This document shows, in pieces, positions 61,201 to 64,000 of a stretch of 64,000 nucleotides of DNA (the first letter of the stretch is position 1; every line of letters begins with the position of its first letter). The notes below the pieces were generated by a model, which was not told the DNA's origin, ran no database searches, and worked only from the letters and a program-made list of their open reading frames with translations. The translations under genes were made by a program, and so were the position numbers. The DNA is from Phoronis australis (taxonomy: Eukaryota; Animalia; Phoronida), in contig NMRA01000117.1 in the NCBI GenBank assembly GCA_002633005.1, positions 789,894-853,893 of the forward strand, written 5' to 3'.

Positions 61201-63347
61201 CATAGCACTTTAGCAAGGCTCTTTTGGGTGTAGCATAGTCCAGTGCATCGGCCATAGGAAGGCTAGTATAAACCTGCAGGCCCTTACCTGTTAACAGGGG
61301 ACTGAGACTAATTGCCCATTCACTCTGTGTCCAACCCTGACTCTCTGCGTATCTTTCAAACCTTTCCAGGAAGTTGTCCATATCGCCCTGTTTTTCATCA
61401 AACTTGGGTAGCTTCGGTTTTACGCCACCAATTGATCTAACATAGCTACCCTCCGCTGCAACCTGTTCAGCTTTCAGTGCTGCTAGCGGCCTCTCGTGCT
61501 CCATTCTTTCTCTCTCCATCTGCTGTTCGGCTTCGCGGGCTTGCCTCCTCTCCTCGGCCTCAGCCTCTCGCGTGTGTCTTCTCTCGCCGGCCTCACGAGC
61601 TTGCCTTCTCTCCTCAGCCTCAGCCGCAGCCTCAGCTTCAGCACGCGCCTCAGCTTGTTGTTTCTCCACAAACTGTCTGAGGTCGTCTCCCTGCAGACCC
61701 ATTTCTTGTCCGAGGGCCATCAACTCTCCATAGTGACTTGCTAATTCCAACAGTCCACTTTATCACACCTTGTTACCGTCAGTAAGCTCCTGGCGTGCTC
61801 ACCAATTGTCACGTTTTTCCCCGTGTGTGGGTGGGCGCAGGTTGTTACAGACCGGTGCTAATAGCTTCCGGTGCGAAGATTGGCTGAAGACTGGTTCGAG
61901 TTAATCCTTTATTAATCCCGACCGTACGTTCACAAGCCTACTCAAACAAAATGTCCGACGTAATGTCTGTTTATGCTCCAGCCAGTGCTGCGAAGCCTTG
62001 ACTTGTGTTGAACGTCTGAGACACTTTCAGCAACTGTTACACTCGTTGTTTCAATAACCTGCTGTCTCTATAGCTGGCTCTCTATTGACTATCGCTGTAA
62101 CTGCTGATTCTCTTCACTGCAACTCAACTGTAGTTCTCCTTACTTGAACTTACTTGATCTCTCGACTTGATCTTCTTGGACTCAACTGACTAACACAAAC
62201 CCGTGCTTGTGTATTTATAGCCTAATGCATTGTTCTAGAACTTTTCATCAATTTAAGCAAATACCAGAGCTTTCTGGAACCTACCCAATCATTCTACAAA
62301 CATGTACTAGTCTCTAGAATATTCCAGACTGCATCAATCACTGTCATGCTAGAGTCTTCTAGAAAGTTCCACACTATACTGTAGTAAACAAATTACATCA
62401 TCACTGTTCTGACCTCAGTCTTCTAGAAAGTTCCATACCATTCTGCAGTAAACAAATTACATTATCATTGTACTTAACTCAGGGGTCATGCCAATCAAAC
62501 AGAATAACAAAACAGAACAATACAACTAAAAATACTGTCAGACTATATTCTGACACATAGTAACTTGATCATTAGAGATAGCAAGTCTATTGACAGATAT
62601 AATAACTCTATCTCTAGACTTAAAGACAGGAGAAAATATCACACCACTTACACAGCCTTGTAGACATTCTGCTCTTCAGTCTCTGGCTTTGGCTTAACAA
62701 ACTCCAGTTGGAATAGGTCCTTAAGTTTGGCTTGGGCTTCTTGACAATGAGCAGTGACCTCTTGTGGTGGCTTCAGGGAGTTCTGGATGACATCAGACAC
62801 GTCTGGTAGAAGATCATCAGGGTTAAGTGCCCGACACTGTAAGCACTAAGGAAACGAAAGGATGGCTGAGGTAAGAGACGATGGGAAATGGGGTCTGTTC
62901 CAAGAAACTGACTTAAGTTAATTTTCGACTTAACTCTAAGATTTGTCTTAACTTCCAAACTTTGAAACTTCCGCATTTGGTAAGTTAGTCAAAATTAAGA
63001 CAAAACTTATGTCAAACACTTAAGTCAAACTTAGCATCTCTTTCTTGGATTGGTTTTGAGACAAATTGATCTTTTATTTTAAAATTTACTAATTTAAATT
63101 TAAGATTTGTCTTAGCAAAGTCAGTTTTGTTGGAATGGGCCCATGGACTACAAATTTTCACACTGAGTGTTTTGTGACATATACATATCTTTAATCGTTC
63201 ACAACTGAAACTGCATTCTGATATCTTATCTTTTATGAACAGTAAACAAAAGCGGTCACGCCCACAAGAGTGCTTACCTGATAAAGTCTTTGTAGCCAGG
63301 GGTTAAACACTTCAGTTGGTTTCAGATATTCTTTATTTTTGCCATCT
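52243..63347 (-). CDS. XRCC5: Ku80 (X-ray repair cross-complementing protein 5), 3' part. Exons (minus strand): 63347-63278, 62845-62652, 59806-59716, 58297-58112, 56787-56691, 55023-54887, 52257-52243
   Basis: The joined frame (790 nt) reads ..NPWLQRLYQ|CLQCRALNP..PPAKRMK (NLS-like)..VGTVTPVEDF..KAMQCIRVMRAE..FWQMIV..LTLISKMESEDSSVTKEEADAFL..EEEADADDL|LMQM*. This is colinear with the Ku80 C-terminal region and DNA-PKcs-binding tail. All junctions are GT-AG with consistent phases. Confidence 0.94.
53040..53290 (+). mobile_element. ~245-bp MITE family, copy 3
   Basis: caaggcttggaca...attcaaagccctg. Confidence 0.8.
53716..53969 (+). mobile_element. ~245-bp MITE family, copy 4
   Basis: cagggattggagt...attccaagccctg. 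Confidence 0.8.
54635..54852. repeat. Minisatellite, 31-bp unit x7
   Basis: cattatactcccaacacaa(cc/tt)gagcta(g/t)atc. Confidence 0.95.
54887..55023 (-). CDS. XRCC5: XRCC5 exon (EKLTLISKMESEDSSVTKEEADAFLK...EEEADADDL)
   Basis: tttcag| and |gtgagt; overlaps ORF 54845..55105. Confidence 0.93.
55897..56100 (+). pseudogene. Degenerate THAP-domain-like remnant (probably transposon-derived)
   Basis: MSRHCVCGGC...VGLFTF(L)RN....WHKFV fits the THAP N-terminus (CxxxxC...FP...W); the Pro and the CxxHF motif are lost. Confidence 0.45.
56300..56532 (-). mobile_element. Short HINE-like copy in reverse orientation
   Basis: aatgcgcccaca...tgtggg 5' hairpin at ~56498-56523; tgccactagggggcac at 56339-56354. 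Confidence 0.65.
56691..56787 (-). CDS. XRCC5: XRCC5 exon (NMESALFNHSLRTLKESLSTNSRNDFWQMIVS)
   Basis: ttatag| and |gtaagt. Confidence 0.9.
56963..57680. repeat. Minisatellite, 37-bp unit (aatggtttaattatgtagcagaggggggcagactctg), spans an assembly gap
   Basis: Same unit on both sides of the gap. Confidence 0.95.
58112..58297 (-). CDS. XRCC5: XRCC5 exon (VGTVTPVEDFQTIISQK...RVMRAECSK)
   Basis: gttcag| and |gtgaag; overlaps ORF 58049..58279. Confidence 0.92.
59004..59430. repeat. Minisatellite, 43-bp unit x ~10 (cttggataactaaacacaccgacttgtcaataaggatctctat)
   Basis: Near-identical units. Confidence 0.96.
59716..59806 (-). CDS. XRCC5: XRCC5 exon (EDTEPPAKRMKMEVDLGTDLSSLTRGTVTE)
   Basis: tttcag| and |gtacag; basic NLS-like motif. 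Confidence 0.9.
60400..62493 (-). mobile_element. Gypsy-type LTR retrotransposon deletion derivative: 5' LTR 62493-61807, PBS 61804-61788, gag, partial 3' LTR 60736-60400
   Basis: 60400-60736 duplicates ~61888-62192. The LTR ends ...TGACA, then AT, then TGGTGAGCACGCCAGGA (PBS-like, complementary to a tRNA CCA end). No pol is present. Confidence 0.9.
60734..61750 (-). CDS. Gypsy gag-like ORF (coiled coil, SCAN-like capsid region, degenerate zinc knuckle)
   Basis: PKLPKFDE..D.FL.RFERYA...W....LSPLLTGK, FR..FR and REQ motifs; CFFCHKIGYLARDC (CCHC with H->Y); first ATG at 61720. Confidence 0.85.
   Translation of the reverse strand: MELASHYGELMALGQEMGLQGDDLRQFVEKQQAEARAEAEAAAEAEERRQAREAGERRHTREAEAEERRQAREAEQQMERERMEHERPLAALKAEQVAAEGSYVRSIGGVKPKLPKFDEKQGDMDNFLERFERYAESQGWTQSEWAISLSPLLTGKGLQVYTSLPMADALDYATPKRALLKCYELTEEGFRRQFREARAERGETAYQFVARIQRYLDRWIDMSDRGKDFAELRDLLVREQYVNTCTKDLALFLRERTPKTVPEMVGLAERYIEAHGVDITSTQWKMSQERPVKTDNQRVDQKKTDHAEELRCFFCHKIGYLARDCRKRTQGMQHQKSD
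62652..62845 (-). CDS. XRCC5: XRCC5 exon (CLQCRALNPDDLLPDVSDVIQNSLKPPQEV...VYKAV)
   Basis: ccttag| and |gtaagt; a second in-frame acceptor lies 9 nt further in. Confidence 0.9.
62891..63142. mobile_element. PIF/Harbinger-like MITE with a 3-bp target-site duplication (ATG)
   Basis: atg|GGGTCTGTTCCAAGAAACTGACTT...AAGTCAGTTTTGTTGGAATGGGCCC|atg. Confidence 0.7.
63278..63347 (-). CDS. XRCC5: XRCC5 exon (DGKNKEYLKPTEVFNPWLQRLYQ)
   Basis: ttgcag| and |gtaagc on the minus strand. Confidence 0.92.
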
Positions 63348-64000
63348 CTGCAACACACAAAAAAGAATAGAGTGGGGAAATTCATGATCCTCTAAGCTTA
63401 ACCCATGACCAGAACAAAATCACTATTCCTTGAAAGGCATACTAGCGATGGTCTAGACAGGCTTAGTGGGGAATCTGATCTCATAATGACTTATGGAGTG
63501 CTAATTCATTCACTGATACCTAGATTATATTTTTTACTAAAAGCACAGAGAATAAGATATTCTACATTCATTAGAGGCCGTAACGAAAAAGGATTCTCTC
63601 TTAATTATCTGAGATAGCAGGAGAACAGACAGATGTTCACTAGTATTGGAGCTTTGGAATAAGGGAGTCACATGTGAATGAATAATACCATGCATTTACA
63701 CCCACCAGGTGGCAACACCGATCACTGAAATCTTATAATAAGTACTTGGACTTGAACTTCAGCATAGTCTTGATAGTTTTCATTCTATTTAATTAGCAAG
63801 AACAGGCATTTTTGAATTATTTGTTAACAAAGACAGCATTCTTGTGGGGCATGTGCAGCAGGTAATTTTTGATTATGGAAAGGAAATTCAATACTGTTTT
63901 ATAGTAAGGTCCCAACTGTACTTGCAAAACACTTGTCTTTCACTCATGGAATTTCGTGTGGTTTTGTTCCTTACATTGCACCCCTGGTAGACAACAACAT

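Noticed and set aside
61788-61804. Identity of the primer tRNA for the PBS
   Set aside because: I could not match it confidently to a tRNA 3' end from memory; it needs the host tRNA set.

Overview
Eukaryotic, AT-rich, intron-rich animal genomic DNA, probably from an invertebrate (inference), with three assembly gaps (~5541-5953, ~32882-33073, ~57249-57572). The + strand carries the 3' ~600 codons of POLR3A/RPC1 (RNA polymerase III largest subunit) in 17 exons (4319-51776); two of its introns are AT-AC minor-spliceosome (U12-type) introns. The - strand carries the 3' ~262 codons of XRCC5/Ku80 in 7 exons (63347->52243), convergent with POLR3A, with the stop codons only ~470 bp apart. A melatonin-receptor-like class A GPCR is nested antisense in the 18-kb POLR3A intron. 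It has a predicted 9-nt coding first exon and a TATA/Inr/E-box/D-box promoter. The introns are full of mobile DNA: a DINE-1/HINE-like family whose ~145-bp internal subunits each carry a CTCF-consensus motif, a gag-only Gypsy LTR derivative, maT (DD37D), Penelope and CR1/L2 remnants, MITEs, tRNA-derived SINE heads and several minisatellites. There is no CRISPR array. All gene models come from manual translation and remembered orthologue sequences, not from database searches.
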